Assembly: GCF_003334355.1 (NCBI RefSeq)
Contig: NZ_QOWP01000014.1
From: Escherichia coli
GTDB taxonomy: Bacteria > Pseudomonadota > Gammaproteobacteria > Enterobacterales > Enterobacteriaceae
DNA length: 64,000 bases
Direction: 5' to 3' (one strand)
This document shows positions 1 through 16,238 of this stretch, one piece after another. Numbering within the stretch: position 1 is the first letter of the stretch; each line of letters begins with the position of its first letter. The translations under genes were made by a program, and so were the position numbers. The notes under the pieces are model-generated. The model was not told the origin of the DNA, searched no databases, and saw nothing but the letters and a program-made list of their open reading frames with translations.

Positions 1-119
1 TCGCAGCCTTACTGGAACCGGCGTTGCTGATCATAACGGGAGGAATTATTGGTACGCTGGTGGTGGCAATGTATCTGCCAATTTTCCATTTAGGCGATGC
101 GATGAGTGGGATGGGATAA
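1..119 (+). CDS. hofC: Type IV pilus assembly protein HofC (GspF family), C-terminal fragment; 5' part lies outside the window
   Basis: In-frame translation ...LVVAMYLPIFHLGDAMSGMG ending at TAA 117-119; convergent with guaC as in E. coli synteny. Confidence 0.6.
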   Translation, partial: AALLEPALLIITGGIIGTLVVAMYLPIFHLGDAMSGMG

Positions 120-146
120 CGCTGGCGTGTTGCTCCACGCCAGCGT
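120..146. terminator. Bidirectional hairpin between convergent hofC and guaC
   Basis: Inverted repeat cgctggcgtg/cacgccagcg between the two stop codons. Confidence 0.5.
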
Positions 147-153
147 TGGGAGA

Positions 154-1197
154 TTACAGGTTGTTGAAGATGCGGTTTTCTTGTTCCTGCACACGAATAA
201 ACGTGGTGCGCTTGGTCAGCTCTTTCAGGCGTGAAGCCCCAACGTATGTACAAGCTGAACGCAGGCCGCCCAAAATATCTCGCGCGGTATTTTCAACCGG
301 GCCTCGCAGCGGCAGCTTAACGGTTTTACCTTCTGCTGCGCGATATTCCGCAACGCCGCCAACGTGACGTTTCATCGCAGACTCGGAGCTCATGCCGTAG
401 AACAGCATAAATTTCTCGCCGTTCTCCTCAACGATGCGACCGCCGCTCTCTTCGTGGCCCGCCAGCATGCCGCCAAGCATGACGAAATCGGCACCGCCGC
501 CAAAGGCTTTCGCCACATCGCCCGGCGTGGTGCAGCCACCATCGCTGACGATCATTCCGCCCAGACCGTGCGCAGCATCGGCACATTCGATTACCGCAGA
601 AAGTTGCGGATAACCGACGCCTGTTTTGACGCGAGTTGTACAAACAGAACCTGGGCCAATGCCAACTTTAACGATATCAGCACCGGAGAGGATAAGCTCC
701 TCACACATTTCACCAGTCACTACGTTACCAGCACAAATGGTTTTGGTCGGCCACGCTTCACGCGCTTTCGCAACGAACTGCACGAAGTGTTCGGAATAAC
801 CATTCGCCACGTCAATACAAACGAAGTTTAATGCCGGGTTCAGGTCGAGAATCTGTTTAGTTTTTTCGAAATCCGCATCAGACGTACCGGTAGAAACCAT
901 CACATGTTTCAGCACATCAGCGGAAGAATTGTTGATAAACGCTTGCCACTCTTCGACAGAATAGTGTTTATGCACAGCAGTCAAAATATCAAAAGAAGCC
1001 AGCGCAGAGGCCATAGAAAATGTGCCTACGGTGTCCATATTTGCGGCGATAATCGGCACGCCGGACCAGCTCTGACCTGAATGTTTGAAGGTGAATTGAC
1101 GTTCCAGTTCAACATCGGAACGGCTTTTAAGAGTGGAGCGTTTAGGGCGGATGAGAACGTCTTTAAAACCTAACTTCAGATCTTCTTCAATACGCAT
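154..1197 (-). CDS. guaC: GMP reductase
   Basis: 347-aa ORF; sequence recognised as E. coli GuaC (IMPDH/GMPR TIM-barrel family). Confidence 0.95.
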
Positions 1198-1421
1198 GTG
1201 CGGATTCCTGGGGTTAATGGCTATAAGGGTAAGAGCGCAACTCCAGTGACGCTATCATACGCACTAATCAATGCGGCGCAAGACTGCGAAATTGTCTTTT
1301 TTTACGCTACAATCCCATAAATTTACCTGGTAAATAGTGAGCGAACGTTTCATCAATTTCGCTTTCGTGCACTCATTTTTAACGTTTTGATAATCATGAT
1401 GAATTCCCGGGAATATAAATT

Positions 1422-2042
1422 ATGAGGTATATAGTTGCCTTAACGGGAGGCATTGGCAGTGGCAAGAGTACCGTTGCCAATGCGTTTGCTGATCTCGGAA
1501 TTAACGTCATTGATGCCGATATTATTGCGCGTCAGGTGGTTGAACCAGGTGCACCTGCGCTACATGCCATTGCTGATCACTTTGGCGCTAACATGATTGC
1601 TGCTGATGGAACATTGCAGCGCCGGGCCTTGCGCGAGCGGATCTTCGCCAACCCGGAAGAGAAAAACTGGCTTAACGCCCTGCTGCATCCGCTGATTCAG
1701 CAAGAGACGCAACACCAGATCCAGCAAGCTACTTCCCCCTATGTACTGTGGGTTGTGCCATTGCTGGTAGAAAACTCACTGTATAAAAAAGCGAATCGAG
1801 TGCTGGTGGTGGATGTCAGCCCAGAAACGCAACTTAAGCGCACCATGCAGCGCGATGATGTAACTCGCGAGCATGTCGAACAAATCCTTGCTGCTCAGGC
1901 AACGCGCGAAGCCCGCCTTGCCGTGGCAGATGACGTCATTGATAATAACGGCGCACCGGATGCTATCGCATCGGATGTTGCCCGCCTGCACGCACACTAT
2001 TTGCAGCTTGCGTCGCAGTTTGTCTCACAGGAAAAACCGTAA
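1422..2042 (+). CDS. coaE: Dephospho-CoA kinase
   Basis: 206-aa ORF with P-loop GGIGSGKST; stop overlaps zapD start (TAATG). Confidence 0.95.
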   Translation: MRYIVALTGGIGSGKSTVANAFADLGINVIDADIIARQVVEPGAPALHAIADHFGANMIAADGTLQRRALRERIFANPEEKNWLNALLHPLIQQETQHQIQQATSPYVLWVVPLLVENSLYKKANRVLVVDVSPETQLKRTMQRDDVTREHVEQILAAQATREARLAVADDVIDNNGAPDAIASDVARLHAHYLQLASQFVSQEKP

Positions 2043-2785
2043 TGCAGACCCAGGTCCTTTTTGAACATCCACTAAATGAAAAAATGCGTACATGGCTGCG
2101 CATTGAGTTTTTGATTCAGCAACTCACCGTTAATTTACCCATCGTTGACCACGCTGGCGCGCTGCATTTCTTCCATAATGTCAGTGAATTACTGGATGTT
2201 TTCGAGCGCGGCGAAGTCCGCACTGAGCTGTTGAAAGAACTTGACCGGCAGCAACGTAAACTCCAGACCTGGATTGGCGTGCCTGGCGTGGACCAGAGCC
2301 GTATTGAAGCATTAATTCAGCAGTTAAAAGCGGCGGGGAGCGTATTAATTTCCGCGCCGCGTATCGGGCAATTTCTGCGTGAAGATCGTTTGATTGCTCT
2401 GGTGCGTCAGCGACTGAGCATCCCAGGCGGCTGTTGCAGCTTTGATTTACCTACATTGCACATTTGGCTGCATCTACCCCAGGCGCAGCGCGACAGCCAG
2501 GTAGAAACCTGGATTGCCAGCCTGAACCCGCTCACCCAGGCACTTACCATGGTGCTGGATTTAATTCGCCAGTCGGCCCCCTTCCGTAAACAAACCAGCC
2601 TGAATGGTTTTTATCAGGATAACGGTGGCGATGCCGACTTGCTGCGCCTGAATCTGTCGCTCGATTCACAGCTTTATCCGCAAATTTCCGGACATAAGAG
2701 CCGTTTTGCCATTCGTTTTATGCCGCTGGACACTGAAAACGGACAGGTACCGGAACGTCTGGATTTCGAACTGGCCTGTTGCTAA
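2042..2785 (+). CDS. zapD: Cell division protein ZapD (YacF)
   Basis: 247-aa ORF recognised as ZapD; position between coaE and yacG. Confidence 0.9.
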   Translation: MQTQVLFEHPLNEKMRTWLRIEFLIQQLTVNLPIVDHAGALHFFHNVSELLDVFERGEVRTELLKELDRQQRKLQTWIGVPGVDQSRIEALIQQLKAAGSVLISAPRIGQFLREDRLIALVRQRLSIPGGCCSFDLPTLHIWLHLPQAQRDSQVETWIASLNPLTQALTMVLDLIRQSAPFRKQTSLNGFYQDNGGDADLLRLNLSLDSQLYPQISGHKSRFAIRFMPLDTENGQVPERLDFELACC

Positions 2786-2794
2786 GGAGTAAAA

Positions 2795-2992
2795 ATGTCA
2801 GAAACTATTACGGTGAATTGCCCAACCTGCGGGAAAACGGTGGTGTGGGGTGAAATCAGCCCGTTTCGGCCATTTTGCTCCAAACGTTGTCAGCTGATCG
2901 ACCTCGGAGAATGGGCTGCTGAAGAAAAACGAATCCCCAGCAGTGGCGATCTTTCCGAAAGCGATGACTGGAGCGAAGAGCCAAAGCAGTGA
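2795..2992 (+). CDS. yacG: DNA gyrase inhibitor YacG (zinc-binding)
   Basis: 65-aa ORF with CPTC...C..C zinc ribbon (NCPTCGK...CSKRCQ). Confidence 0.9.
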
Positions 2993-3015
2993 CATTTGTC
3001 TGATGCCGCACGTAG

Positions 3016-3211
3016 GCCTGATAAGACGCGGGCAGCGTCGCATCAGGCATCTTGTGCAAATGTCGGATGCGGCGTGAACGCCTTATCTGACCTACAAAAA
3101 CAAATTTATCAATGAGTTATAAATCCCTGTAGGCCTGATAAGACGCGCCAGCGTCGCATCAGGCATCGTGTGCGAATGTCAGATGCGGCGAAAACGCCTT
3201 ATCTGACATAC
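3016..3211. repeat. REP/BIME cluster of four REP copies in alternating orientation
   Basis: Copies of gcctgataagacgcg..cagcgtcgcatcaggc and gatgcggcg.aacgccttatctgac at 3016-3048, 3065-3095, 3133-3164 and 3182-3211. Confidence 0.85.
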
Positions 3212-3597
3212 ACACGCTTAAGCTTCGCAATTACCTGTTCATTGGCTGGCGGAAACTCATCGGCATTAAGACCGACCAGCGACATCCACTCACCGGGTTG
3301 CCCTTCTTTACCCCACGGCTCCCCTTCCCAGCGTTCGACCAGCCAAAACCACAGTGTTATATGCCTGTCCGGGAATTCATATTCCAGTTTTTCAAATAGC
3401 GAAAAATGTTGGGGGGTAATCCCGACTTCTTCCTGAAGTTCACGCACCACCGCCTGTTCCGGCGTTTCACCCATTTCAATTTTACCGCCGGGAAACTCCA
3501 GTTTATTCGCCATGTGCGCATCTGCTGCGCGACGCGTTATAAAGATTTCATTGTTCTCGTTGCGAATAATACCTACCGCAATTTGCAGCTTTTTCAT
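3199..3597 (-). CDS. mutT: 8-oxo-dGTP diphosphatase MutT (Nudix); 132 codons here, last codons lie inside a REP copy
   Basis: Nudix box GGKIEMGETPEQAVVRELQEEVG; starts MKKLQIAVGII; ends ...AKLKRVYVR. Confidence 0.9.
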   Translation of the reverse strand: MKKLQIAVGIIRNENNEIFITRRAADAHMANKLEFPGGKIEMGETPEQAVVRELQEEVGITPQHFSLFEKLEYEFPDRHITLWFWLVERWEGEPWGKEGQPGEWMSLVGLNADEFPPANEQVIAKLKRVYVR

Positions 3598-3611
3598 TGT
3601 CTTAAACCTAT

Positions 3612-3635
3612 AAAAAAGGCGCAGAATCCTGCGCC
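3612..3635 (-). terminator. Intrinsic terminator-like hairpin downstream of secA
   Basis: Minus-strand stem ggcgcag/ctgcgcc followed by a U-tract, immediately before the mutT start. Confidence 0.5.
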
Positions 3636-3656
3636 TTTTACTTTAACAGTTAGCTT

Positions 3657-6362
3657 TTATTGCAGGCGGCCATGGCACTGCTTGTATTTTTTACCAGAAC
3701 CGCACGGGCAAGGATCGTTACGTCCTACTTTGCGCTCTCCAGTTTGCGCCGCCAGTGCAGCTGCGGCTGCAGAGTCGTCATCCTGATGGCTAAGCTGCTG
3801 CATTTGCGCTAAACGCTCGGCTTCCATACGACGCTGTTGTTCCAGCTCCTCAACCTCTTCAGGCATACGTACCTGGACTTTGCTCAACGTGCTGATAACT
3901 TCATATTTTAACGACTCCAGCATCGCTGCAAACATGGAGAACGATTCACGTTTGTATTCCTGCTTCGGATCTTTCTGTGCGTAGCCACGCAGGTGGATAC
4001 CCTGACGCAGATAGTCCATCGCTGCCAGGTGCTCTTTCCACAGGGAGTCAAGCGTTTGCAGCATGACGCCTTTCTCGAAGTGACGCATCATCTCAGCACC
4101 AACCACTTCTTCTTTACGCTGATACACTTCGATGGACTGCGCCAGAATTCGCTCACGCAGCGTCTCTTCATGCAGTTCTGGTTCTTTATCCAGCCACTCG
4201 GCAATTGGCAAATCGAGGTCGAAATCGTTCTTCAGACGTTCCTGCAGCCCCGGAATATCCCACATTTCTTCCAGCGACTGTGGTGGAATGTAGGCATCAA
4301 TGGTCGCTTTGAACACATCTTCACGAATGCTGTTAATGGTTTCGCTCACATCGCTGACATCCAACAGTTCGTTACGCTGGGAGTAAATGGCGCGACGCTG
4401 ATCGTTAGCCACGTCATCATATTCCAGCAGTTGCTTACGAATGTCGAAGTTACGGCTTTCAACTTTACGCTGGGCGTTGGCAATCGCTTTAGTCACCCAC
4501 GGGTGTTCAATGGCTTCGCCTGGCTTCATACCCAGTTTACGCATCATGCCGGATACTCGGTCGGAAGCAAAAATACGCATCAGCGCATCTTCCATCGACA
4601 GGTAGAAACGGGAAGAACCAGCATCCCCCTGACGACCAGAACGACCGCGCAACTGGTTATCGATACGACGGGATTCGTGACGCTCGGTACCGATGATATG
4701 CAGGCCACCTGCTTCCAGTACCGCATCGTGACGTACCTGCCAGTCGGCTTTAATTTTTTCAATTTGCTCTGCGGTCGGATTTTCCAGCGCGGCAACTTCT
4801 GCCTGCCAGCTACCACCGAGCACAATATCTGTACCACGACCCGCCATATTGGTCGCGATAGTCACCGCAGCCGGATAACCTGCCTGAGCAACAATCGCCG
4901 CTTCGTTGGCGTGGAATTTGGCGTTCAGGACGTTGTGCTTAATACCGGCTTTGGTCAGTTCGTTTGACACCAGCTCCGATTTTTCGATGGAGATAGTACC
5001 CACCAGCACCGGCTGGCCTTTCGCAGTACGTTCTTTGATATCTTCAATGATCGCCTGAATTTTTTCCGCTTCAGTCATGTAGACCAGGTCCGGCAGATCT
5101 TTACGAATCATTGGACGGTTGGTCGGAACAACGACGGTATCCAGCTTGTAGATTGAGCTAAATTCGAAAGCTTCGGTATCAGCAGTACCGGTCATCCCCG
5201 CCAGTTTTTCATACAGACGGAAGTAGTTCTGGAAGGTGATCGAAGCCAGCGTTTGGTTTTCGTTCTGGATCTGCACACCTTCTTTCGCTTCCACAGCCTG
5301 GTGCAGACCATCGGACCAGCGACGGCCCTGCATGGTACGACCGGTGTGTTCGTCAACGATGATAACTTCACCATCTTTAACGATGTAGTCGACGTCACGG
5401 GTAAACAGCGCATGAGCGCGCAGCGCCGCCGTTACGTGGTGCATCAGCATGATGTTGGCCGGAGAGTACAGAGACTCCCCTTCATCCATGATGCCCTCTT
5501 TCACCAGCAGTTCTTCAATCAGCACCAGACCACGTTCGGTCAGGTTCACCTGGCGAGATTTTTCGTCCACCGAGAAGTGGCCTTCGCCCTGGAAGGTTTC
5601 GGAGTCTTCTTTTTCCTGACGGATCAGGTGCGGAATAATTTTATTCACGCGTTTATACATTTCCGAGCTGTCTTCTGCCGGGCCGGAAATGATCAGCGGT
5701 GTACGCGCTTCATCGATCAGGATGGAGTCCACTTCGTCCACCAGCGCATAGTGCAGTTTACGCTGTACACGTTCTTCAGGGCTGAACGCCATGTTGTCGC
5801 GCAGGTAGTCAAAGCCGTATTCGTTGTTCGTACCGTAAGTGATGTCAGCTGCGTAAGCTTCGCGCTTTGCCGGTGCTGGCATGCCCGGCAGGTTGATACC
5901 GACAGTCAGGCCAAGGAATTCAAACAGCGGACGGTTGTTTTCGGCGTCACGTTGCGCCAGGTAGTCGTTGACGGTAACTACGTGCACGCCTTTACCGGTT
6001 AGTGCGTTCAGGTAAGCAGGCAGCGTTGCGGTCAGGGTTTTACCTTCACCGGTACGCATTTCGGCGATGCAGCGTTCGTTAAGAACCATACCGCCGAGTA
6101 ACTGAACGTCGAAGTGACGCATACCAAAGACGCGCTTACTTGCCTCACGTACCACGGCGAAAGCTTCCGGGATCAGATTTTCCAGCACTTCGCCTTTTTC
6201 CAGACGTGCACGAAACTCTGCGGTTTTCCCTTTCAGTTCTTCGTCGGAGAGTTTTTCCATCTCCGGTTCCATGGCATTGATGATGTTGACCACTTTGCGC
6301 ATCCGGCGCAGGGTGCGATCGTTACGACTACCGAAAACTTTAGTTAATAATTTGATTAGCAT
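3657..6362 (-). CDS. secA: Preprotein translocase ATPase SecA
   Basis: 901-aa ORF; C-terminal zinc-binding [14 protein letters not shown]; recognised as E. coli SecA. Confidence 0.97.
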
Positions 6363-6423
6363 AATAAAATCTCAAACGCCCCGCGTTGCGGAGTTAATAA
6401 AATGAAGTAAAGGTTTATTGTTG

Positions 6424-7140
<717 letters not shown>

Positions 7141-7166
7141 AATTTTATACGACAGTATAAATGTCG

Positions 7167-8105
<939 letters not shown>

Positions 8106-8184
8106 CTATCCAACCGAAGTGTACTATACATTCGGCGGGCCAGTTTAGCACAAAGAGCCTCGAAACCCAAATTCCAGTCAATTC

Positions 8185-9336
8185 TTAATCAGCTTGCTTA
8201 CGCAGGAATGCTGGAATATCCAGATAATCCGGCTCTTTCGCAGTTTGCGGCGCATTGTCATTCACGACTTTAGCAATCGGCTTCTGCTCCTGGGTCAGCG
8301 GAGCCATCCCGTGCTGCTGGTAGCGATCCATCACTGGCTGCTGAACCTGCTTATTGGTCACCAGAGTGATTTCAGGACGTTTGTCCATGCCGATACCTGT
8401 CGCAACAACAGTTACGCGCAGCTCGTCATTCATATCCGGGTCAAGAGAAGTACCGATAACCACGGTCGCGTTGTCGGAAGCAAATGCACGGATGGTGTTA
8501 CCTACCGTTTCGAACTCATCCAGACGCAGGTCGAAGCCCGCTGTGATGTTAACCAGCACGCCGCGTGCGCCAGACAGGTCGATATCTTCCAGCAGCGGAG
8601 AAGAGATAGCCATTTCAGCAGCTTCTTCCGCACGGTCTTCACCGCTCGCCACGCCAGAACCCATCATTGCGTAGCCCATTTCAGACATTACGGTGCGTAC
8701 GTCTGCAAAGTCCACGTTCATCAAACCCGGACGAGTAATCAGTTCAGCGATACCTTGCACAGCGCCTTTCAGTACATCGTTCGCTGCGCCAAACGCATCC
8801 AGCAGGGAGATACCGCGGCCCAGAACTTTCAGCAGTTTGTCGTTCGGGATAGTGATCAGAGAGTCCACATGCTTGGACAGTTCAGTGATCCCCTGCTCCG
8901 CGAATGCCATACGCTTCTTGCCTTCAAAGTTGAAAGGCTTAGTGACGACAGCAACGGTCAGGATACCCAAATCTTTTGCCACTTCAGCGACGACTGGTGC
9001 TGCACCTGTACCGGTACCACCACCCATACCCGCAGCAATAAAGACCATGTCTGCACCTTCCAGCGCAGCACGCAATGCATCGCGATCCTCATCAGCCGCA
9101 TTGCGGCCAACTTCTGGATTAGCGCCAGCGCCCAGTCCTTTGGTGATACCGCTACCGATTTGAATCGTCTGTCCAACCGCTGTTTTACGCAGCGCTTGTG
9201 CATCGGTATTTACCGCGAAGAATTCAACACCTTCAATGCGCTCACGCACCATGTGTTCAACAGCATTACCGCCGCCGCCGCCGACGCCGATGACTTTAAT
9301 CACCGCGTCATTGGTAAGTTCCATTGGTTCAAACAT
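8185..9336 (-). CDS. ftsZ: Cell division GTPase FtsZ
   Basis: 383 aa; tubulin signature GGGTGTG; C-terminal [14 protein letters not shown]. Confidence 0.98.
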   Translation of the reverse strand: MFEPMELTNDAVIKVIGVGGGGGNAVEHMVRERIEGVEFFAVNTDAQALRKTAVGQTIQIGSGITKGLGAGANPEVGRNAADEDRDALRAALEGADMVFIAAGMGGGTGTGAAPVVAEVAKDLGILTVAVVTKPFNFEGKKRMAFAEQGITELSKHVDSLITIPNDKLLKVLGRGISLLDAFGAANDVLKGAVQGIAELITRPGLMNVDFADVRTVMSEMGYAMMGSGVASGEDRAEEAAEMAISSPLLEDIDLSGARGVLVNITAGFDLRLDEFETVGNTIRAFASDNATVVIGTSLDPDMNDELRVTVVATGIGMDKRPEITLVTNKQVQQPVMDRYQQHGMAPLTQEQKPIAKVVNDNAPQTAKEPDYLDIPAFLRKQAD

Positions 9337-9396
9337 AGTTTCTCTCCGATTTGTGCCTGTCGCCTGAGGCCGTAATCATCGTCGGCCTCATAAAAA

Positions 9397-10659
9397 TTAA
9401 AACTCTTTTCGCAGCCAACTATTGAGTCGCTTGATCCACGAGCCAACTGATGCTGTAACACGTTTTTCTACTTCAGCTTCACCGTTAAGATGTGACTCTT
9501 TCCCATAGTGAAGCAATCCCACCGCCGTCGAATAATACGGCTCCTGAGCATAATCCGTTAAACCGGTAATGTTCAGCGGCGCGCCGATACGCACTTGCGT
9601 ATGAAACACGCGCTGAGCACAGGCTGCAAGACCTTCGATCTGCGCTGCGCCACCGGTTAATACAATGCCTGCCGCCAGGTGATGTTTAACCCCTTGTTGG
9701 CGAAGCTTTTCCTGCAACTGCAATATCTCTTCGTTGACCAGGTTGAGCAGCTCGGTATAGCGCGGCTCGATCACCTCTGCCAGGGTCTGACGTTGCAGAC
9801 TCCGCGGCGGACGACCACCTACGCTCGGCACTTCCACGCTCTCATCTTTTCCAACGATGGAACCCAGCGCACAACCGTGGCGAACTTTAATCGCTTCGGC
9901 GTCGCTTGGCGGCGTGCCAAAGGCGTAAGCGATATCACTGGTCACGACATTGCCAGCATAAGGAATTACCTTAGTGTGGCGCAATGCCCCACCGGTATAA
10001 ACGGCGATATCCATTGTACCACCACCGATATCGACGACGCAGACACCCAGTTCACGTTCATCTTCCGTCAATACCGAATAACTTGATGCCAGTCCGGCAA
10101 ATATCAGTTGGTCAACTTTCAGCCCACAACGTTCAACCGCTTTGACGATGTTTTTCGCCATATCGTTGTGACATGTGATCAGGTGCACTTTTGCCTGCAT
10201 CCGCACGCCCGAAAGTCCTACCGGATTCTTGATCCCTTCCTGATAGTCAATCGCATACTCTTGCGGGATCACATGCAGCACACGATGCTCATCGCGCACA
10301 CGCACCGATTTCGCGGTGTGGACGACGTTTTCCACATCTTCTTGCGTTACTTCTTCTTCAGAAATAGGCACCATACCAATTTCATTCTGGCAGCTGATGT
10401 GCTTACCAGAAAGCGCCAGATATACCGAAGAGATCTGACAATCTGCCATCAATTCTGCCTGGTCAATGGCGCGTTGTACGCACTTGACCACGGATTCGAG
10501 GTCGTTCACCCCGCCTTTATCCATACCACGCGACGGGCAGCTGCCCACGCCAATGATATTGACCATACCGTCGGGCAGAACTTCCCCTACTAAAGCGGCA
10601 ACCTTCGCGGTACCAATCTCCAGTCCTACTACCAGTTTTCTGTCCGTCGCCTTGATCAT
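9397..10659 (-). CDS. ftsA: Cell division protein FtsA (actin-like ATPase)
   Basis: 420 aa recognised as FtsA; start overlaps ftsQ stop. Confidence 0.97.
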   Translation of the reverse strand: MIKATDRKLVVGLEIGTAKVAALVGEVLPDGMVNIIGVGSCPSRGMDKGGVNDLESVVKCVQRAIDQAELMADCQISSVYLALSGKHISCQNEIGMVPISEEEVTQEDVENVVHTAKSVRVRDEHRVLHVIPQEYAIDYQEGIKNPVGLSGVRMQAKVHLITCHNDMAKNIVKAVERCGLKVDQLIFAGLASSYSVLTEDERELGVCVVDIGGGTMDIAVYTGGALRHTKVIPYAGNVVTSDIAYAFGTPPSDAEAIKVRHGCALGSIVGKDESVEVPSVGGRPPRSLQRQTLAEVIEPRYTELLNLVNEEILQLQEKLRQQGVKHHLAAGIVLTGGAAQIEGLAACAQRVFHTQVRIGAPLNITGLTDYAQEPYYSTAVGLLHYGKESHLNGEAEVEKRVTASVGSWIKRLNSWLRKEF

Positions 10660-11486
10660 TGTTGTTCTGCCTGTGCCTGATTTTGTTGCTGAGTAGATTC
10701 CTCTGGCGGCAAGGGCGCCCAGCCTACTGCCGCTCCAGAGTCATAACGCAAATCAACGTAGCTAATCCGTTTGCCATCGGTTTGCGCCTGCTGCTGTAAA
10801 ACCGGATAAAGTTCTACAAAGCGAGCCAAACGTTTCATCGTATCGCCCCGGCCAAGATTGAGCTTAATATCGTTATTCAGCGTCAACTGCCAGGAACGCC
10901 GCGCGGTCATCGCCGCTTCCTTCAGAGTAAATCTGTCCTTTGCCAGCATCTGCCCCATTTCGCGATAGCCCTGCAACACTTCATTGGCGCTGCCTTCCGG
11001 GCCATACAGCATTGGAAGCACCTGCTTGCTGGTGCGTTCTGGCGGCACGCTGAAGGTATTTCCTTCCGCGTCTACCATATGTTGATCATTCCACCGCGCA
11101 ATCGGCACATATTCAACCAGATGAATCTTCAATTCATCAGGCCACTGCTTTCTGACGCTCACCTGCTTAATCCACGGCAGGCGTTGTTCTATTTGCGTCT
11201 GGATGATGTTGACATCCTGGGTCATAAAGGTACCCGGCTCACCCAATGCCAGGATCGACTGCCGGATATCGTCATTACGTGTGTAATGGCGTTCACCGGT
11301 CAACACCAGCTTTGAGAGCGGCAGGCGTTGCGCATCTTCCATCCAGCCCAACACGACCCAGCCGCTCACCAACACTGTCGTTAAAACGGTCAGCAGGAAA
11401 AGGATCCCCGCCAGACGCGTTCCATTATTGCGGCGAGAAGAAACCTCTTCTTCGCTGTTTCGCGTGTTCAGAGCAGCCTGCGACAT
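10656..11486 (-). CDS. ftsQ: Cell division protein FtsQ
   Basis: 276 aa, single TM segment then POTRA region; dcw synteny. Confidence 0.95.
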   Translation of the reverse strand: MSQAALNTRNSEEEVSSRRNNGTRLAGILFLLTVLTTVLVSGWVVLGWMEDAQRLPLSKLVLTGERHYTRNDDIRQSILALGEPGTFMTQDVNIIQTQIEQRLPWIKQVSVRKQWPDELKIHLVEYVPIARWNDQHMVDAEGNTFSVPPERTSKQVLPMLYGPEGSANEVLQGYREMGQMLAKDRFTLKEAAMTARRSWQLTLNNDIKLNLGRGDTMKRLARFVELYPVLQQQAQTDGKRISYVDLRYDSGAAVGWAPLPPEESTQQQNQAQAEQQ

Positions 11487-11487
11487 A

Positions 11488-13876
<2,389 letters not shown>

Positions 13877-13929
13877 TCTTTACGCCATTAACTTCTTAAA
13901 TTCATACGATGCAAAAGGCATCGCTACAA

Positions 13930-14997
13930 TTACGCCCGGGCAACCCGGCTCACTTCATTTGCCACTCGCTCGGTGGCATCCGGAATGGATGCAGCGCGGG
14001 CGCGTTCTGCCATGGTTAATAAGGTTTCTCGCGACCACCCGGCCAGGGTGTTGGCGACAGCATCCACGCTAAGCTGTGGCTGCTCGATAATTTTGGCTGC
14101 GCCCGCTTTTTCCAGCGGTAGCGCATTCCAGTATTGCTGGCGGTCTTTATGTTGAAACGGCACAAACAACGCCGGTAGTCCTGCCGCGGCGATTTCACTC
14201 ACCGTTAACGCACCGGAGCGGCAAACGACGACATCCGCCCACGCATACGCCGCCGCCATATCATCAATAAATTCCGTCACTTTATGCTGCGGTTGCCCCG
14301 CTTCGGCATACGCCTGTTCAACGGATTGTTGCGAACCTTTGCCGCTCTGATGCCAGATAGTGACTGAATCACCCAGTTTCGCAGCAACCTGCGGCATTGT
14401 CTGGTTAAGAATGCGTGCGCCCTGAGAACCACCCACTACCAGCACACGAACCGGACCTTCACGTCCAGCCAAACGTTGCTGCGGCAACGGCAGCGCCAAC
14501 ACATCGGTACGCACCGGGTTACCCACTACTTCCGCATTAGGGAAAGCACCTGGAAACGCCTGCATCACTTTGGTGGCAATCTTCGCCAGCCATTTATTGG
14601 TTAAGCCCGCAATACCGTTTTGTTCATGAAGTACAACCGGAATGCCTAACGACCACGCGGCCAGACCACCTGGACCTGACACGTAGCCTCCCATACCGAG
14701 CACCACGTCAGGTTTGTACGCTTTCATAATCGCCCGCGCCTGACGCCAGGCGTTGAAGATACGCAGCGGGGCAGCTATCAGTGCTTTTATACCTTTTCCA
14801 CGCAGACCAGAGATACGAATGAAATCAATTTCGATGCCATGTTTTGGCACTAAGTCCGCTTCCATACGGTCGGCAGTCCCCAGCCAGCGAACTTGCCAAC
14901 CCTGAGCCATTAGATGGTGCGCAACCGCCAGTCCCGGGAATACATGTCCACCGGTTCCGCCTGCCATCACCATTAATCGCTTTCCTTGACCACTCAT
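13930..14997 (-). CDS. murG: UDP-GlcNAc:undecaprenyl-PP-MurNAc-pentapeptide GlcNAc transferase
   Basis: 355 aa, N-terminal GGTGGHVFP glycosyltransferase motif. Confidence 0.96.
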
Positions 14998-16238
14998 CGT
15001 GAACCTCGTACAAACGCCTGCGCTTTCTCCAGACGCGTTTCATAATCAATACGCAACAGCATCATGATGGCTGTCGACATAATCAGTAAGCTCGAACCAC
15101 CGTAACTGATCAGCGGCAATGTCAGACCTTTGGTCGGTAACATCCCCGCCGCCGCGCCTACGTTAACCAGCGCCTGGAAGCTAAACCAGATGCCAATAGA
15201 ACAGGCGAGAAAACCGGAAAAACGGTGGTCAATTTCTAATGCTTTACGGCCAATCGACATCGCGCGAAAAGCGACGAAGAATACCATTAAAAGTGCCAGC
15301 ACCACACCGACATACCCCAGTTCTTCGCCGATAATGGCGAAAATAAAGTCAGTGTGCGCTTCCGGCAGATACTCCAGTTTTTGTACCGAGTTACCTAAAC
15401 CTTGCCCCCAAAGTTCGCCGCGACCAAACGCCATCAGCGATTGCGTTAACTGATAGCCGCTGCCAAAGGGATCTTCCCACGGGTTCCAGAATGCGGTAAC
15501 ACGGCGGATACGGTACGGTTCGGCGAGTATCAGCAACACAACCGCTGAAATGCCCATACCGATAATGGCAATGAACTGCCACAATTTCGCTCCCGCCAGG
15601 AACAACATCGCCAGCGTAGTCACAAACAACACCACCACCGTACCAAGGTCTGGCTGTGCCAGCAGTAACACTGCCAACACCAGAATCACGCCCATCGGTT
15701 TCAGGAAGCCGCGCAGGTTATTACGTACTTCGTCGCCTTTACGCACCAGATAGTTGGCGATATAGCAAAACAGCGACAGTTTTGTCAGCTCCGCAGGCTG
15801 GATACGCAGCAAACCGAGATCGATCCAACGCGATGCCCCTTTAACCGAGCTACCCACTACCAGGACGATCATCAGCAGGATGATAGATCCGAGCAGCATC
15901 GTGGCACTGTAGCGTTGCCAGAACTCCATCGGCAGACGCAGCGTAATGATCGCCAGAATAAACGCCAAAATCAGATAGACACCATCACGCTTCGCGAAGA
16001 AGAACGGATCGTTGGTTAAGCGTTGCCCTATGGGCATTGACGCCGAGGTCACCATGATAAAGCCAATCGCCGCGAGGCCGAAGGTCAGCCACAGTAAGGT
16101 GCGATCGTACATGATCAGGCTGTCGGTATCTTTTTCCCGCGAGCCCATCACCCAGCCCTTTAGCGCCGTGGAGATCCAGACCAGGATACTGAATCCTGGC
16201 AGGCGCGGCATTTTCAGGCGAGGGAGAGATAAACGCAT
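14994..16238 (-). CDS. ftsW: Peptidoglycan glycosyltransferase / lipid II flippase FtsW (SEDS family)
   Basis: 414-aa polytopic membrane protein; ATG overlaps murD TGA (ATGA). Confidence 0.95.

Noticed and set aside
3993-6002. Antisense ORFs of 324 and 249 aa opposite secA, and similar ones opposite ftsA, murD, thiP and rapA
   Set aside because: All lie within well-supported genes on the opposite strand and show no protein-like composition or motifs.
8194-9375. 393-aa ORF on the plus strand fully antisense to ftsZ
   Set aside because: Lies entirely opposite a highly conserved gene, has no recognisable domain, motif or ribosome-binding site, and shows low-complexity R/H/C-rich composition typical of antisense frames in GC-biased coding DNA.
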